Assembly: GCA_905178155.1 (NCBI GenBank)
Contig: CAJINV010000007.1
Span: 938,627-1,002,626, forward strand
DNA: 64,000 nt
Source of the DNA: Amoebophrya sp. A120
Lineage: Eukaryota > Protista > Dinoflagellata
Reading direction: 5' to 3'
Shown here in pieces: positions 1 through 13,657 of the stretch. A program made the translations under genes and the position numbers. The notes below the pieces were generated by a model that was not told where the DNA came from, searched no databases, and saw nothing but the letters and a program-made list of their open reading frames with translations. Every line of letters begins with the position of its first letter. Positions within the stretch are counted from its first letter, which is position 1.

Positions 1-2078
1 TCCATCCTAATAATAATAATTCTAAATATTTGAGACGAATAAACAAACTGCATGTGAATCTGGATGTAGCGCAGTGCTAGCGTGCTGGTCCAAGGATTCC
101 CGTCATTGGTTCCTTGAGACAGGTACGCAATCTTGAAGATACGAAGTGGATGAAGCAGTCAATGTTTAGCAGGGGGTGTCGTGTAGTTGAAGATTCGAAT
201 ACAATGACAAACACAATAGCAACAAAACAAACTTGTGAGTAGCTTTTCGGGATAGAGATAGTAGTGCAACAAGGGGAACAAGAACCGGAATAGCATCCAG
301 ATGCAGGAGATGCACTTGCTCGATGATATTGATATTATATATCAATATAACTACACCTAAACCAACAAATAAAACTAGCGTACAACAATAAAAGCAATTT
401 AGTCTGAAGCCGATCCCTAGAAAAACTACCGATTCGTGGTGCCAGCAGGCACTTGTATGATACATTGAACGCCGAGCATATTTTTAAAAATGAAAGCCGA
501 AGCTCCGCGATTTTTAAAGCACTTACTTTTACCTAGAACTACGTAGCCGTAAGTGCGAAGCGAAAGATGTGGCACGATGATCCTTCTTGAAGATAGCCTT
601 GGCTTCGCGTTCGCCACTGCTGGCATTGCAAAAGCACTACGTTTGAAGATGTTCATCGTCGGATGTTCTTTCGTTTCGATTTCTCGAATCGGGAGCTGCA
701 AGGATCTAGCAAGTACAAATCTCAAATACAAATTGTTGAGAGCAGCAGCCAGCTTTCCTGGTAGCGCAGAAGGTAGGCCACACGTCGACCAGAGTAACAT
801 GCTTATCGTCGCAAAAATGTTGCAGCCTTTCGTCCACATAAACCCGCACCAAACAAGCGTGATCTACTTATCAGCATTTCGTACGTATCAGTATTCATCG
901 CTCGTCAATCTATTATTTTCCGCTTGTCATGTCATAGCGTAAGCGTAAGCGTATAGGGTCGTACGTTCACACAGGAGGTGGAAATAATCATCTTGTCGTA
1001 GCAAATTGCGAAGTACGTACCAAGCAAAGCACACAACAAGCACCTCGTTCGTTCACCGCTCTCTCTACCACAAGTACCACTAGTAAAGACCACGAGTAGA
1101 CAGAGCAGCCCGTTTGTGCAAATAAAAACTCGTTCTCACTTTATAGTGTCCCCAGGTCGACGATCAATAATTTTCAGCAATTCTCTTCTCGTTGCGTTTG
1201 AAGCGTTTCAAAACAACACGTGGTCTTCTGCGTCGATATTAAAAGACAGTCAAAAAACCTCAACTTGTACTTGTACAACCCAGCAATAAAATTTTTGCAA
1301 AATTCCTGCTTCTCACAAATACACCAACAACAATTTTAGTGCGCGGCCTGGTGTTGTTCACGAGCAACACCTCGTCTAACCAGCAGTCGCCTTTTTTTGA
1401 AAACACAGTCAACAAAACAACAACAACCTCTGTAGCCACTCGTAGCAAGAACAATCTAGTGCGGCGCATAATTCTGTTTATCGTGTGCAACTTAGCTGCT
1501 TCCATTCGAGCGTGTAAATTAAGCCATACATTTTGTGTTGGTCTCCTTCTTCTTCTTCTATAGCAGGGGCCAAAAAGACCAGTTCTTGTTCTTCCATTTT
1601 TGTTGAATTAAGTTGCCTGAATAATTTTATGGCCTCGCGGACGCCCGCATTTTTGCTGCAAACGCAGACTTGACGGCGCATCTTCACCTGGTGGAGCTGC
1701 AATCTTTTTCTGCAGCAGAGCAAGGAGGCCATAATCCTTGCCGGGAGGGTGAAAGTAGTACCACGACGAGGAGCTGCGCGTGCACCTTCTCTTCTTCTCG
1801 TTGCCTCGACGTATAGCTCGGGCGACAAGTATTGCTTTTAGAAGGACGAGCTCTTCGCTTACGCTTACCTCATCTCGTCAAGAACATCCAAGTTTCCAAG
1901 AACCACGAAGAACCGCGAAGGCCTCCTTGCATCTCGAACGAGATTGGTCCTTTTCTTGAAGGCATAAACCAAAGCCGGATCATACACCAGCACCCGCACA
2001 ACAACACCCTCGTTCTGCAACAGAACCTGCAAGAACCATCAACACACGACCCAGAACAACCACGTGGACCAAGTCATC

Positions 2079-5000
2079 ATGTTTTCCGCCATCGGCAACC
2101 TTCTCCGGGGCGGCAAGCAGGAGGGTCCCAACGGCCAGCCCCTGCATGGAACATCAAATGGTGGACCACATAAGGGGCACCACAGCGGCCACGGATCGGG
2201 ACACAATAAGCATAGTAACCGGAAAGATTCCGACCCGTTAACCAGTGAGGACGAATTAGATTCCGACGAAGAACTCGCGATTTTGAAGCAGAAGCAGAAA
2301 CGCTCGCCGAGTAATCCGACGGGAGACAATAACAATTCAAATGACGACGAGGATAATGATACGGAGAATGACAATCACAACACAGAGTCTTCGGATAGCA
2401 ACGCAAAGGACAACGACGACAACTCGTGTAGTTCTGTCGATATCACGCAGCTGGGGAAGCAAAAACCCCATATTCCGATCGTCGATGTCGCGGATCCCTT
2501 TCAGGTAGAGCAGCAGAAGAAAAAAAATGAGAAGAAGGGGAAGAAAAAGAACGACGTCATGTCAAGTATGGAGAATAATAACAGTAAGAAAAAGAACAAC
2601 GCGAGTAGTACTACTACCGGGAATAATAGCAACACGACAAACGCAACTTCAGCCGCGACATCCTTTGCGCAGGAACAACAGGAAGAATTCGATAATTTGA
2701 AGAAGATTCAGGAGCAGTTTGGCGGCCGGTCACTTCACGACTTATGCTGTGCAAAAGTATCGCACTCGTAGCAATTGCATTCACGCATGACAAATCTAGT
2801 TCCTGAGCTCAGTCAGCATTACAAATTCCATTTTTCCTTCTGGAAAAATTTGTGATGCTATAATTATTTCTCCTAGTACGACACTTTTGCAATGCATATG
2901 AGTTCCATGATTACGATACCGCGACGTTTCAACCAGTGGTTTCGAAAAAGAAGAACAAAGACTCGTCCGACTTGAACACCGTTCCCTCTACCGCCTCCGG
3001 TTTAAACACCAACCCGAACGCGAATAAAACCGCGAAAGTATCCTGAGTAAAAACGTCCCCACACCGTAGTCAAGTTGCAAACGCTGCAACACAAATCCAG
3101 AAGTTTTGGGAGCCACGCATGACAAATTCGTTTCTGTATTGTAGTGCGTTTTAGCAAGGATAATCGCATCACAAACCCATCTTCTCACTATGTTTACAGC
3201 ATTACAAATGTCAAAACCAGATCAGAAATAGCTTTCATGGGGATTATGCGCATTACAAGTCTTCCTGTCTTTGCAAATCTGCATGACAGTTCTGGGGTGG
3301 GACGTTTTTACTCAGGATAGAAAGAGAAGCAGGACGAGCTGAATTCCCTGAAGAAAGCGCAGAAGGAAAAACAGGAGAAACTGATATCAAATGCAAATAT
3401 GTCTGGGTCTGGAAACTTGTGATGCTGATTGGCGAATCATGAGGATGCCACAACTGACGGCTCAGCATGACAAGTTTCTGAGTTGCTAGGTGTTGCCTAT
3501 TCAGCATGAGAAGCTGCGTGTTTGCGTAACAGAAAACTGGTGCTTTGGGGTAACGCGCATAACAGACTTGAAAGTCATGCTGACAGAGCATGACAAACTT
3601 GCATTCTTCCAGACCCAGACATATTTGCAGTTCATAACTGACGAAAGTGAACGACCTAGTCGTCGGGAAGAAGTACGGATCGGAGTATTTGCTAACGAAT
3701 CAAATCCGCATGATCGGTGAAGTAGTTCACGTGGTGGATATGGGGGCTTTCATTGTGAATAGCGACTTCATGCACCACGGGGTTCTCGCGCAGAGAAAAA
3801 GGTTCATCGGGAAAGACAAGTACGTATCAAATGTAAAAATGTGTGGGTCCTCTGGGAGATTCCGAGATTTGTCATGCAGTTTTTCCAAGCTCCCCCACGT
3901 CTGGAATGCATGGCCTGGCATCACAGCTTCTGCAGCTCCTTGGTGATGCGTATTCTGCATGAGAAATGCCCTCTCAAGAACATGGCCAGAAGTGGGCACG
4001 GGCACCTTTTCCACGTTCTGCATCACAGATCTTTGTAGGATCCGAAACACGCATCACAAATTCGGATCCTTCCAGACCCAGACACTTTTGCACTTGATAG
4101 TACGCCCCGGTGCACATGTACGGGAAAGTATCGTTTGTTTTGGCGAGAAACCCGGAGCCGAAGCCGCATATCCTGTGCAAAAACACCGCAGACTCGTACT
4201 AATTGCAGTCATGCAATACAAACCTCTTTCTCAACCTAAAACAGCATGACAAATTCCATTTTATTTCATGCTGAGCTAATTTGTATTGCATTAATACGAG
4301 TGCGATATTTTTGCAGTTCATACCCCAAAAGGACAAGCAATTCGTCGCGGACAAAGTGCAAATCATCAACGAGGACGACTTTTTCGCGAAAGAAGAGGTG
4401 GAGACCGCACCAAAGGTTACCGCCCCGGTCGTGAAACCAACGGCGGAGACCGCGAAACCGATAAAGCCGCAGTTCGCGTCGAATGTTACATCAACTACCG
4501 TGCCAACGGCGAGCCTCGCACCCACCGCGCCGACGGTTTCTCTGGGCGAGTTGACGCCCAGTCAACAGTCGAGGAAGATGTCGGATGCGACGGGTGGGGA
4601 CAACACGAAGAGCAGTCAGTACAGCACCGCTGCCGCGTCGTTTAACTCCTGGGCTTTGGCGGACACCGTGAATAACAAGATGGTGAATAAACTCCTATGC
4701 CTTGCAAATACGTCTGGGTCTGGAAACTTGTAGTGCTGAGTTGTGTAGCATGAGGACGAGGCCAGAAGTGATGGCTCAGCATGACAAGTTTCTGAGCTAC
4801 TTCTAGGTGCTGCCTATTCTGCATGACAAACTGCGTTTCTGCATCACAGAACACTGGGGCTTTTGCTTTTGCTGGGTAACGTGCATGACAGACTTGAGAG
4901 TCTTCCTAGCCGAGCAAGACAAATCTCGCATTCATTCTTCCAGACCCAGACATATTTGCAGTTGATAACTCCTCACCGGTGGCAACACGGAGTTCAAGAA

Positions 5001-8000
5001 GGCAGGAGAACAGACCACAGCAAGTACCGCCGCCGAGCCGCTAAAAACTATCCTGAGCAAAAACGTCCCCACACCATAGTCAGGATGGGGATTTTGCAAC
5101 ACAAACCTAGACCTTTTGGGAGTCACGCATGACAAGTTGCAGACTGTAGTGTAGTAGAGCTTAGCAAGGGAAGCCGCATAACAAATCCGTCTCCTTATCC
5201 TGTTTACAGCATTACAAGTTCCAAAACACGATGGGCAATGTCTCTCATGGGGATGCGCATTACAAATGCTCTTGTGCTTGCAAATCTGCATGACAACTCT
5301 GGGGTGGGGATGTTTTTACATATGATAAAAACGTCGAAAACGTCAGGCGTTCCGGTGACCAAGACGATTTTACCGGATACGAAAATCGTGCCACAGCGGA
5401 AGGAGGTGCTGGTGAAGAGCAAAAAGAGAATCAGAGGCGAAGTCGTCTACGCCAATCCAGAAGACACTTACTGCTTGATAACATCCGATTACATGGTCGG
5501 GAAGGTCCTCGGACCGGTCAAGAAGCTCGTGGGCGGAGGGTATAGTGATTTTGAAATGTTCTGACTTTTTGTCATGATGCAGAAACAGTCTGATAGTGCT
5601 GCCTTAGTGTTGGTTTTCTTCTTACCATGCATGAAATGCAAACAAACACTGACCTCTCTCCAGCAAGCTATCAAAAAACACTTCTCCAGCTTTCCCCTTC
5701 CCAACGGCATCAAGAAGTTCGAGTTCGGGCAAGAGGTCGAGTTCTCCGTGTGCATCAACCCAATTGAAAAAATCTCCTCCGAAACGGGCTATTTAGCGCA
5801 TCAACTGGACGTCTGCATCGACGGGAAACCCTCGACCATGATTGTGTCCGATGATAATCTCAATGCGGACAATTGGCAGACCTACAATGACAATGACGAC
5901 GATGACACGGGCAGAAATTCTGCGAAGCATTCCGTTTTGTCCTCCGAGCCGTTGAATAAAGTGACGAAACCCCTAACCGCGGACGTGTCCAAGATGTTCC
6001 CCGACAGTGGTAACAAGTTCGGCACGAACAGCGACAAGAAACGAAAAAACGACCCGTACAGCTACAAGTACACGCTTTCGCATATGGCGTTCTCAAACGT
6101 ATACATTCTCAACTGTTACACGATTTGTCATGCAAAATGACCATGACCCGCCAATCGATCGAGCTGCTGCGCATGACAAAATCTCGGAGGGCTAAGCAGC
6201 ACTATAATCTGCACGAAACCTGTAATGCAAGACGCGCAAGGTAGTTGTCCCTCTCACCTGTGCTAGTCTTGCAACACAAATTTATGTAACAGTTGAGAAT
6301 GTAACAGTTGAGAACGCCATATCGCAATTGGAAAAAAACGGGCAAAGGGTGGTCGGAACGGTGGTGCACGGGAAAGCAGATTTCGGGTTGGTCGAGGGGG
6401 ATGATTTCTTAGGATCGGTGTTGGTGCCGACAAGAAAGTTAAAATCTTCCTTCTTCTCCTCCGGGAAATGGGAAGTCGGGGCGAAGTGCGAATTCCAGGT
6501 GAAGGTGAATCCAGTGCAGAATACGTCGGCGAGAGATCCTGATGAGAAAAAATACATCGGGGTGGACGTGATCATCCTGGGGAAAAACTCCGACGATGAG
6601 AGGGACAAATACACGCATAAACAAATGGCCGATGCGGCGAAGACGACGAAACGCATCAAGGTGGAGGGGGAGGTGGTCATCGCAAATCCGATGTACGGGA
6701 TTGTCACGTCGAAACAGATCCGGGGCGGGCCGTTGATGGCGCACAGAAACCGGTTTCTGTCGGAGCCTATACATTGCAAAAGTAGCGCATTTTGTTGGAA
6801 TAACATGAGAAATTATCTGCAAGTTGAGAAGTGGAATTTGAATTTGTGATGCAGATTCAGAAAAGAAATCTAGATCTGTCATGCAGGAATGTTATTCGAA
6901 CGAAAGCGCTACAACTTTTGCAGTCCATAGAACACGCGGATGAGGAAATCTACGAGGGAATGGAGCTGGAATTCACCGTGATTGAAAATCCGACGCTGAA
7001 GCATGGGGAAAAAATGTACTCATCCTTCGCTTCATTTGTTTCTGGTTTTGGTTCATCTTTGTGATACAGGAAAGCGAATTGAGTTCTATAAAGATGCACG
7101 ACTTGTCCTTGTTCTTCTAAGTGCTTCTCATGATGCCGTTCATGGTGAGAAAAATTGAGTATTCACTGTTTTGCATTTCCCACATGACAAATTCAAATCC
7201 AAAACAGCAACAAGCAAGACATGAAGGATTTCTACGTCGCCGACGAGGTCTATGGAGGTGTCAGAGTTGAAATCGACAAAGTTGAAATGATTTGTCATGC
7301 ATAAAATGCGACACAAAGACTGACTCTATTGCTGAAGGCGCAAGGGAGGCAGCTTCTAGTGCTGGTAAGGGTCAAGAATTGGGCTGCTGACTAGCATGAC
7401 AGGGAGCAGCCATCTTGCCCTAAACAGCATGACAGACTTGCTTCAGAGGCCAGGAAAATTTGTCATGCGCCGATTGGAAACTGTGGGTCGAACTGGTATA
7501 GATTTTATGCATCACAAATTATTTCAACTTTGTCGATTTCAACTCTGACACATCCATAAGGTCCGCGTCCTGTACCCCACGAACCCAAAAATCGTGCCGA
7601 TGACATTATATCCTCTGCAAAAGCATCGTACTCGTACTAATTGCATTTATGCATTACAAATTTTTTTGCCAAGTTCAATCCGCATTACAAATTCTATTTG
7701 TCATGCTGAGGAAATTTGTCATGCGATTCATACTAGTACGATACTTTTGCAGTTCATACATTATCCTCCTTTGCAATGTCATCCACCTCGAGGCATACCA
7801 AGGATAAGGAGAAGGAGAAGACCCCGGATCTCGGCCTCCAGCCAACGCCAACGGAGAAGGCGCCCACGCACAGCGCACTGCAGGTCAAGGGGAACCACAC
7901 GGTATTTGTATTTGATTTATTTTTATTTTGATTTGTTGACTTCCACGCATCACAAATCGTGTTTGTCATGCCATATGCGCAAGTTTGGTGCAGATTCGAA

Positions 8001-11000
8001 CAATTTTTTGTAAAATTCAATCAATTTTCCACTTCACCACCAACAGGACGGGCGTGGCCAAGTTTTCGTCGAGGGCCAAGAGACCGTGAAGGTTTCCGTC
8101 GTCTCCGTCACCGCAAATGGCTCCATGCTGAAAATTTTGACCGACGAAATCGAATCGGTGAATCCGATCGATCCGAAATCTTTACCGCAAGCTTACCTCC
8201 CCAAATCGGAAACGGGGACGATTAGATTGTCCGTCGGCCAGCAGTTCTACGTCAAACTCCAATACCCCAGGGACGCGAAGAAAAAGAAGTTAACCGCGTA
8301 TGACTTATCCTGGACGAAGCCAGTTCCTACTAGTAGTGAGGAAAACGAGGTGACACATATGGAAATGTCAGAATCGAAATTGACAAAGTCGAAGAATTTG
8401 CGATGCACAAAATCGATAGCAGTTAGAGCCTCAGTATCCAAGTGGCGCATGACAAATTTCGGGAGCACCCAAATCCAGTGTGTCATGCTGTTTGGGCAAA
8501 GAAGACTGCTCCTGTCGTGCTATGCTGGCAGCGCATGGCATACCCCTAAACAGGCTTGCAATCGGTCTCATTTTCCTGCTCTCCAATACAGGCCGCCAGT
8601 GCCCTCCGTTTTATGCCTCACAAATTTTCCGATTTTGTCGATTTCGATCCTGACACATCCATAACACAGGACGAAGTAGAGGAGGAGGAAGAAGAGGAGG
8701 AGGTGGTGGAGGGTATGGACGGGTCCTATGACTACGAAGTAGATAATTCGGAAGTACATTATGACCACGACCCCACACTACAGCCTCCGAACGCAGCCAG
8801 TAACCCCCCGTCTTCTATCCCGGTCATCGACGCGCCCCGAGCAGCACCCCCAGCTTCCCGACCGCCACCGGCGAATGCGCCGCCACCGTATCACAGGAAA
8901 AAGTGTTAACGTTAACGGTTTTCACAGATTGCAGTCATGCATCACAAACGTAGCCCAATATGCATGCTATGCATGACAAATTCTGACACGTCTTGTGATG
9001 CGTTTCTGCATCACAAATTCCGTTAACGTTAACACGTTTTCTCGTGATACACCGCCACCGCCGCCACCAGAATCGGCGGTGCCGCCTCAGCCACAAGCGA
9101 CTCCTGGTGCATCTTCAAGTACAACTTCTAGACCTCCTCCTGCGAAAAACCCAGTGCCACCGCCGGGGTTGAGCATGGATTCCAGTAAAGAGTCGACGAA
9201 AGCTGGGGACAGTAGTTCTGCGAGCTCGTCCGCGACGGAGTGGCAGCAGGGAAACAATAACCGACATAGTAATAGCAGCCAGAACAGCCACTTCACTCCG
9301 GAGTTGACGACGCCTGGGTTGCTGAATTCCTTGATGAATAGCGCGGAGCATAATGCTGGTGGGACTAGTGGTAACAAAGCTAGCACGTCGAATGATTACA
9401 GCAGCAATTCGAATAACAACAGCAATAATAATCCTTCCGGTGTGACCACCCACTTCGGCATCGCGATCCCGTCCGGCGGGAAGCTGAGCCAGAAATCCGG
9501 GTCGCAGCTGGGTGGAGAATCGGACGATGATCCGCAACAAAATCTGTTGAACGCGTTGCTCGGCGGGATGCACGATTCTCCGGAGCCGGATAGCAGTCCT
9601 GATGTTCTCGGAAGGAATAATATCGGGCAACAGCAATATGGTGCTTCATCTTCTAGCAGTTACGGAGCTGCAGGAACTTCTAGTGGTTATCAAATGCAAA
9701 TATGTCTGGGTCTGGAAGAATGCAACTTGTCATGCAGATTTTCCATGACCCATGAGGTCTGGAATGCGGGACCTGGCATGACAAACTCTGCGAGGTCTCT
9801 GTCATGCCTATCCTGCATGACAAATCCCCTCCTAACGTGGTCGAAAGTGGAGAGCCTTTGGCACTCATGCAACACAGATTTTAGCATGATTCAGATTTAG
9901 CATCACAAGTTACTGTCTTCCAGACCCAGACATATTTGCAATGCATAGTGGTAGTGTTCCGCCAATGACGAAGCAAATCCCGGTATCCTGAGTAAAAACG
10001 TACCCACACCATAGTTGTCATGCAAATCTGCACGCTTGAAATGTTTCTCATGCGGAGCCCCATGAGAAGCATTTTCTAATGGTGTTTTGAAATTTGTCAT
10101 GCTCCAATCAGCATGGTGTGCTAGATCTGTGATGCTGCTGAGCTAGCTCAAACAGCACTACACGACGAATCCAAATTTGTCATGCAAAACAGCCAAAACT
10201 TGTGGATTTGTCTAGCAGATTCCCCATCCTGACTCTGGTGTGGGTACGTTTTTACGCAGGATACCCGGATTCCGCGCCGCCCCCCAGGCCGGTGCCGAGC
10301 CCGGTGCCGAGTCCGAACATGGTTAGTACGGTTTCCCAGCACATCATCTCCTCGCCCAATGTCGTAGGAACATCGTCAAATATGAACGGTGCAGCTACAG
10401 GATCTCCAGGAGGACTGCCACCCGCGCAGCAGCTCTCTGGCAGTCCCCAACAGCAGCAGAACACTGCTCTGCAGCTCAACCCGGCGTTTCTCTGTCAGCA
10501 AAAAATCTACTACGGCAGAGTTCTGACGAAGAGACAGGTGAACTCCGAGGGCAGGGTGATTTACATCCTCGGGGAGATAACATCTTCCTCGAGCTTCGAC
10601 TACGAACAGTACCTGTGGACCTACGCGTTGGCGGAGCGGAACGACTTCCGATTGCGAAGTCTCGGCTTCGATATGGAGGCGAGTGACATTGTGCAATTTT
10701 CCGTGAACATGAATTCGCAGGCGAACTACCGGAGCGGTAACTGCTCTATCGTCGTGGCTCGGAATATCACGCTGATCACGCGAAACATCGGCCGAGTTCC
10801 CGGATCGATTCTCTCTTCCAGTCCGGACAAGGACTCGCATGGCTCCATCGGGTCGAAAAACAGCAACGGGTTGTACTACAATAAGCAGAGGAACAGTAAG
10901 AACTACAACGGAAATTACGGCAGCAACACGTCTAACTCTGGTGATCAATCGGATACAGAGACCTACAACCCAGACTTGTACAACGTGGTGAAGTGCCGCG

Positions 11001-13657
11001 CTCTCCTCGCTCTGGTCGAGCGGATCCGCGCCGCTTGGGGGCAGGATTTGCTCGTGGATTTCAACTTATCGTTAGACACCGTCGCGAACGAATTGGCGAA
11101 TCAGCGGAATGCAGCGAACAATGCGGCGATTAATTTGCAGAATTTGAAAATCACAAATGAGGAAATCGTCCGGATTCTTGATTTATCCTGTGCAAAAGTA
11201 TCGTACTCGTATGAATGCAAGTCTTGCATTGCAAATCTTTTTGCTAAGGCAAATCCGCATGACAAATTTTATTCTTCATGCCAAGGAAATTTGTATTGCA
11301 ACTTATTACTATATATTATATTCATGCGAAAAAAGAGGTAGACAGAGGGTAAACGAGAGGTGGCCGAGAGGTCAAAAAGAGGTCAAAAGAGGTAAAAAAG
11401 AGGTCGACAGAGGTGGAGAGGTGGCGCGGGACCCCTTTCGAGAGGGTCGGCGAGAGGGTGCGCGAGTATAGCCCGCCGAAGGCCCCACCTTAAGGCGGCG
11501 CCTAAGTGCCTCAGAGGGTGCAGAGAGGTCAAAAAGAGGGGGCGCGAGAGGTCGACAGAGGTGGAGAGAGGTGGCGCGAATAAGGGGCGACCTCTCGCGG
11601 ACCCTCTTGGCCACCTCTCGGCCACCTCTGTCGACCTCTACCCGCGAGTATAGCCGGATTATTAGCGGGGACCCCCAAAAGAGGTCAAAAAGAGGGTCTG
11701 CGAGAGGTCTGCGAGAGGGTAAAAACGCAAAGTGGCGGGCGCGAATCCGCATGGAAGTCCCCATATTTGGCACTGCAGGCCAGTCGTGGACTTGTTTTGT
11801 TCGGCGCCTTTCCGCGCCACCCTCTCGCGCCACCCTCTCGCGCACCCTCTCGCGCAACCCTCTCGCGCCACCCTCCCGCACCACCCTCCCGCGCCACCCT
11901 CTCGCGCTACCCTCTCGCGCCTGGCGGCTTCTGTTCGCCCCCGGTGTTCTTTGCAGCTGCTCCCTGCGCAGAGCGCCCACAGGCGCGGGAAGCGCGCAAG
12001 TGGTCCTGCGGGTTGGCGCGGCGCAAACAGGCGGAAAGAGCGGGACTCCAGTATGTTTCGTTGTGCATATTAGGCCCGTGGCGTTGTGGTCCGATCGGCA
12101 AACAGTCTTGCCCCGGCCCAACAGCCCTGCGCTCCGGCGGCAGCCGGAGCATGGCTGGTTTATACTAGTGCGATACTTTTGCAATGCATACGATTCCGAC
12201 GCCCAGGAGCGGATGATGCTGATACAGAATTGGGTCGGGTACAACAACCATGTGAGTAACACGAATTCGGAGGAAAGGAACATCGTGGAGAAGTTGTACG
12301 AGTGTCAGGAGCTGCAGATTTTGAACTATGGGAATCAGCAGAACAACTACAACCCGCTGACCCCGTTTATTGAGAGAAAACAAAATCAACCGATCAATTC
12401 GCACTTACCGGGCTACTTGCAGAAGTATCAAATGTAAAAATGTCTGGGTCTGGAAGGTTGGAACTTGTCATGCTAAATCTGAAGGATGCAAAAATCTGTG
12501 TTGCGTGAGTCCCAAAAGCTGTCCGCTTTTGACCAAGTGGAGAGGGAGTTTCTCATGCAGGAGAGGGATGATAGAGACCTCAAAAAATCTGTCATGCTGG
12601 GTCTCGCATTCCAGACCTCATGGGTCATGGAAAACCTGCATCACAAATCTCGCATTCTTCCAGACCCAGACATTTTTACATTTGATAAGAAGAGTCCAAC
12701 TGCGATTGACAGCACGAGCAGACTGCGGAAGTTGCAAAACTCGCTGGATAGTGACGCGTCGAACCCGTTATGAACTGCAAAATTATCGTACTACTAGAAA
12801 TCGCATGACAAATTCTCTCAGCATGAAAAATGAAATTTGTAATGCGGATTTAGCTTAAGAAGGAGATTTGTAATGCATGACTGCGATTAGTACGACTACG
12901 ATACTTTTGCACAGGATACCCGTTTGTCGCGGATAGCAATTTGAGCAGAACCAGCTCGAACCAGACGCAGGTTTCGCCTATGCACTGCAAATGTGTCTGG
13001 GTCTGGGAGAGTGCAACTTGTCATGCAGACTCTGGATCACGCAAAAACTTGTGTTGCATGAGCTGCACCAAAACTACTTGTTCACTTTTTGCCAGGAGAC
13101 TAGCGAGTTTCTCATGCAGGACAGGCATCAAGGGACCTGAGAAAAAAAATTTGTAATGCTTTCCGTGCGATCCAGAGCATCCGTGTCGTCCGAAAGATGC
13201 ATGACAAACTCCTGCACTCATCCAGACCGAGACATATTTGCATTTCATATTCCCAAGACGGAAGCAGATTTACAACGAATTGCGGCATTGCGATAGTTCG
13301 TTTTGGGACTTGTGCGTGGTGGAGTTAATGACGCACTCGCCGCTGGACAAAAACCCCATGCTGTTCTGGAAGTTGTTGTTTCTCTTCTTTTTCGTCGAGA
13401 AAGAGCTGAGAATCACCGGCCCGCTGTTCCGCTTTGTCAATTTCCATCCGGAGACGTTTCAGGAATCTGATGGGTTTAAAATTGACGTGTGCGGGAACAT
13501 CTTCCACTACGTCTTGTCCTCCAAACAGCACGCGCGCAGCTTCGGGAAGGAATTCTTGCTGTTTCTGATGCAGATAGTCTTGAAAAAGGAGAACCTGATA
13601 TCAGAGGGGTATTTCAAACTCATCAGTTTGAGGATCACGGAACTGATGCTGGAGTAA
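2079..13657 (+). CDS. Large (~1,900 aa) multi-exon protein with several cold-shock/OB-fold-like repeats (UNR/CSDE1-like architecture) and a helical C-terminal domain
   Basis: ATG 2079 to TAA 13657. Frame is continuous after removing 19 TIR elements (+5 nt each) and 3 other introns (one, ~5540-5665, with unresolved ends). Repeated beta-rich units IGEVVHVVDMGAFIV, IRGEVVYANPEDTYCLI, VVGTVVHGKADFGLV, VEGEVVIANPMYGIV, GMELEFTVIENP. Confidence 0.6.
2743..2898. mobile_element. Introner (non-canonical TIR intron), family A
   Basis: TIR TATnnnnTGCAAAAGT; DR cgact/tgagt. Confidence 0.8.
3039..3319. mobile_element. Introner family C
   Basis: TIR TATCCTGAGTAAAAACGTCCC; DR gaaag. Confidence 0.88.
3385..3636. 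mobile_element. Introner family B
   Basis: TIR TATnnnnTGCAAATATGTCTGGGTCTGGAA; DR actga. Confidence 0.88.
3825..4099. mobile_element. Introner family B
   Basis: TIR; DR gtacg. Confidence 0.88.
4169..4322. mobile_element. Introner family A
   Basis: TIR; DR ccgca/cccca. Confidence 0.85.
4696..4967. mobile_element. Introner family B
   Basis: TIR; DR actcc. Confidence 0.88.
5049..5327. mobile_element. Introner family C
   Basis: TIR; DR aaaac. Confidence 0.88.
6083..6321. mobile_element. Introner family J
   Basis: TIR TATGGCGTTCTCAA; DR tcgca. Confidence 0.88.
6768..6929. mobile_element. Introner family A (diverged)
   Basis: TIR; DR gagcc/gaaca. Confidence 0.75.
7016..7207 (+). other. Canonical GT-AG intron
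   Basis: GTACTC...AAACAG; joins KI|NKQD in frame. Confidence 0.7.
7251..7558. mobile_element. Introner family E
   Basis: TIR TATGGAnGTGTCAGAGTTGAAATCGACAAAGTTG; DR aggtc. Confidence 0.88.
7609..7758. mobile_element. Introner family A
   Basis: TIR; DR catta. Confidence 0.88.
7902..8046 (+). other. Canonical GT-AG intron
   Basis: GTATTT...CAACAG; phase 0, in frame. Confidence 0.75.
8358..8663. mobile_element. Introner family E
   Basis: TIR; DR acaca. Confidence 0.88.
8889..9049. mobile_element. Introner family H
   Basis: TIR TATCACAGGAAAAAGTGTTAACGTTAAC; DR caccg. Confidence 0.88.
9688..9947. mobile_element. Introner family B
   Basis: TIR; DR gtggt. Confidence 0.88.
9984..10263. mobile_element. 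Introner family C
   Basis: TIR; DR cccgg. Confidence 0.88.
11184..12190. mobile_element. Introner family A carrying an 858-bp insertion
   Basis: TIR; DR tgatt/cgatt. Confidence 0.85.
11301..12158 (+). mobile_element. Non-autonomous Helitron-like element
   Basis: Inserted at A|T of host TGCA|TTTATAC with no TSD; 3' hairpin GCTCCGGC-GGCA-GCCGGAGC (12131-12150) then CTGG; internal GC-rich minisatellite. Confidence 0.6.
12426..12687. mobile_element. Introner family B
   Basis: TIR; DR agaag. Confidence 0.88.
12769..12918. mobile_element. Introner family A (opposite orientation to 7609)
   Basis: TIR; DR cccgt. Confidence 0.88.
12979..13249. mobile_element. Introner family B
   Basis: TIR; DR tcgcc/ttccc. 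Confidence 0.82.

Noticed and set aside
62-120. tRNA-like GGATGTAGCGCAGTGCTAGCGTG
   Set aside because: Only a D-arm-like part; no anticodon, T or acceptor stems.
11372-12437. 288-303 aa Arg-rich ORFs
   Set aside because: Stop-poor GC-rich minisatellite inside an insertion; no domain recognisable.
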